A stretch of 64,000 nucleotides of DNA, taken from positions 1,568,001-1,632,000 of the forward strand of contig OZ244044.1 of assembly GCA_965215275.1 (NCBI GenBank), given 5' to 3'. This DNA is from Thermodesulfobacteriota bacterium (GTDB lineage Bacteria > Desulfobacterota_D > UBA1144 > Nemesobacterales > JAJCZQ01). The position numbers and the translations under genes are program-made. Below are positions 62,300 through 64,000 of this stretch, one piece after another. The notes under the pieces are model-generated. The model was not told the origin of the DNA and searched no databases. It saw nothing but the letters and a program-made list of their open reading frames with translations. Position 1 is the first letter of the stretch. Each line of letters starts with the position of its first letter.

Positions 62300-62767
62300 A
62301 TGTCGGTCAATAAAGCTATCTTAATAGGTCATCTTGGTGATAAGCCGCAAGTGCGTTACACTGGAAGTGGTCAGTCGGTCGCAAACTTCTCTATGGCTAC
62401 CAATGAAGTTTTTAATGATAAGGAAGGTAACAGGCAGGAGCGTACCACTTGGCATAGAATAGTAGCCTGGGGCAGACTTGCGGATATATGTGATAAATAT
62501 CTCAATAAAGGTAATATGGTTTATATCGAAGGTACAATTCAGCACAGATCATGGGAAGATAAAGAAGGTAATAAGAGATGGAGCACCGAAATAGTAGCAA
62601 GACAAATGCAGATGCTTGGGCAAGCTGGAGAAAGACCGGAGCATGGGCATACGGGGGGTGAGCATGCTTTTTCAGATCAGGGTCCTTCTGAAAAAGAAGG
62701 TGAAGATGCTCCTGGTATGAACTTTAACGAAGAATCAGTAAGCACTGATGATGATATTCCCTTCTAA
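62300..62767 (+). CDS. ssb: Single-stranded DNA-binding protein
   Basis: [17 protein letters not shown]-terminal DDDIPF. Confidence 0.97.
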   Translation: MSVNKAILIGHLGDKPQVRYTGSGQSVANFSMATNEVFNDKEGNRQERTTWHRIVAWGRLADICDKYLNKGNMVYIEGTIQHRSWEDKEGNKRWSTEIVARQMQMLGQAGERPEHGHTGGEHAFSDQGPSEKEGEDAPGMNFNEESVSTDDDIPF

Positions 62768-62824
62768 TATCGGACGATTTGTGGTCAAAGGGACTTCCTT
62801 CATTATGAAGCCAAGGATACGTCG

Positions 62825-64000
62825 ATGTCCCTGGCTGCCTTAGTTCTTGCAGCAGGCAAGGGGAGCAGGATGAAGTCGGACCTGCCGAAGGTCATTCATC
62901 CCATTCTCGGCAAGCCTATGATAGGTTACGTTCTGAACGCGGTCAGGTCTGCAGGTCCCGACAGGATATGCGTTGTCTTAGGGTATAAGGGAGACGTAAT
63001 AAGAAACTATTTAGATGGGTTGTCCTCGGGCGTTGAGTATATTGTTCAAAGCCGTCAGCTTGGAACTGGTCACGCTGTTTCCATGGCAGGATCACACCTC
63101 AGATCATATAAAGGAAATATCCTTATAATAAACGGGGACTCTCCTGCGGTTACGGGAGGTACGTTGAAAAAATTGATCAGAGGGCATGTAAAAAGCCGTT
63201 CCGTACTTTCCTTTATATCTTCTGAACTGGAGTGTCCAGGTGGGTACGGGCGTGTAGTTCGGGACGAGAATAAAATACTGAAGTATGTCGTTGAGGAAAA
63301 AGATGCCTCTGTCAAAGAAAGACGGATCAGAGAGGTCAACGCGGGAATATACTGTGTCAGGGGGGATCTTCTCTGGGATGCGTTAAAGCACCTGAGATCG
63401 GACAACAGACAGCGGGAGTACTATCTGCCCGATATAATTGGTTACGCCGTTAAAAAAGGTTTTAAGACCTCAGTTCATAGAGTTACCGACCCGGATGAAA
63501 TACTTGGAATAAACGACAGGTCGGAACTTGTGAACGTGGAGAGTTATCTGAAGGAAAGAATATTAAAAGATCTTCTTGCAAGAGGCGTGACCATAACGGA
63601 CCCCGTGTCGACCTTTATTGCTCCCGACGTTAAAATTGGAAAAGATACTGTAATATATCCAGGCACTTATATATACGGAAATACAAAAATTGGCAGGTCG
63701 TGCACGATAGGTCCAAACGTGTATATGGAGAATTCAACTTTAGGTAACGATGTCAGTGTAAAATTTTCTTCTCATCTGGAAGGATGTGCCGTAAAAAATA
63801 ACGTTACGGTCGGTCCGTTCGCACGATTAAGACCGGAAGTACGCATAGGAAGTAACTCAAAGATAGGGAATTTTGTGGAGATAAAGAAATCGGACATTGG
63901 TAATGGCAGCAAAGTTCCGCATCTGTCGTACGTGGGGGATGCGACCGTGGGAAAAAAGGTCAATATAGGAGCTGGCACCATTACCTGTAATTATGACGGG
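62825..64000 (+). CDS. glmU: Bifunctional GlmU (3' end outside the window)
   Basis: LAAGKGSRMKSDLPKV, QLGTGHAV, EYYLPD, GPFARLRP, GNFVEIK, HLSYVGD, TCNYDG. Confidence 0.96.
   Translation, partial: MSLAALVLAAGKGSRMKSDLPKVIHPILGKPMIGYVLNAVRSAGPDRICVVLGYKGDVIRNYLDGLSSGVEYIVQSRQLGTGHAVSMAGSHLRSYKGNILIINGDSPAVTGGTLKKLIRGHVKSRSVLSFISSELECPGGYGRVVRDENKILKYVVEEKDASVKERRIREVNAGIYCVRGDLLWDALKHLRSDNRQREYYLPDIIGYAVKKGFKTSVHRVTDPDEILGINDRSELVNVESYLKERILKDLLARGVTITDPVSTFIAPDVKIGKDTVIYPGTYIYGNTKIGRSCTIGPNVYMENSTLGNDVSVKFSSHLEGCAVKNNVTVGPFARLRPEVRIGSNSKIGNFVEIKKSDIGNGSKVPHLSYVGDATVGKKVNIGAGTITCNYDG

Overview
This is a bacterial chromosomal segment. Gene order and protein style suggest a deltaproteobacteria-like lineage, possibly Candidatus Dadabacteria (inference only). 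The housekeeping backbone carries ilvBNC-psd-pssA, tsaB, pgpA-cinA-recA, parAB, purSQ, queG, a phosphofructokinase, dapL, tRNA-Leu(CAG), a pstSCAB-arsC-phoU operon, hisIE, rpoZ, a wzm/wzt polysaccharide locus, ssb and glmU. The main discovery is three catalytically intact TnpB genes (48480-50027, 50044-51604, 56687-58004), each the only cargo of an element bounded by 24-26 bp terminal inverted repeats (TIRs) starting GGGAAT(T/A)ATA and flanked by 8-bp target-site duplications (TSDs). These are IS1595/ISNwi1-type DDE-transposon ends, not the IS200/IS605/IS607 ends TnpB normally has. Each element has a covarying omegaRNA-like scaffold whose invariant GGGAAT loop is complementary to the TIR tip. 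A decayed fourth copy and an orphan TIR are also present. Other accessory features are a Hachiman-like nuclease-helicase pair inside the remains of a type I RM operon and bracketed by ~62-65 bp direct repeats, and two paralogous surface pseudo-subtilases that lack all catalytic residues and whose signal peptides are out of frame at poly-C tracts.
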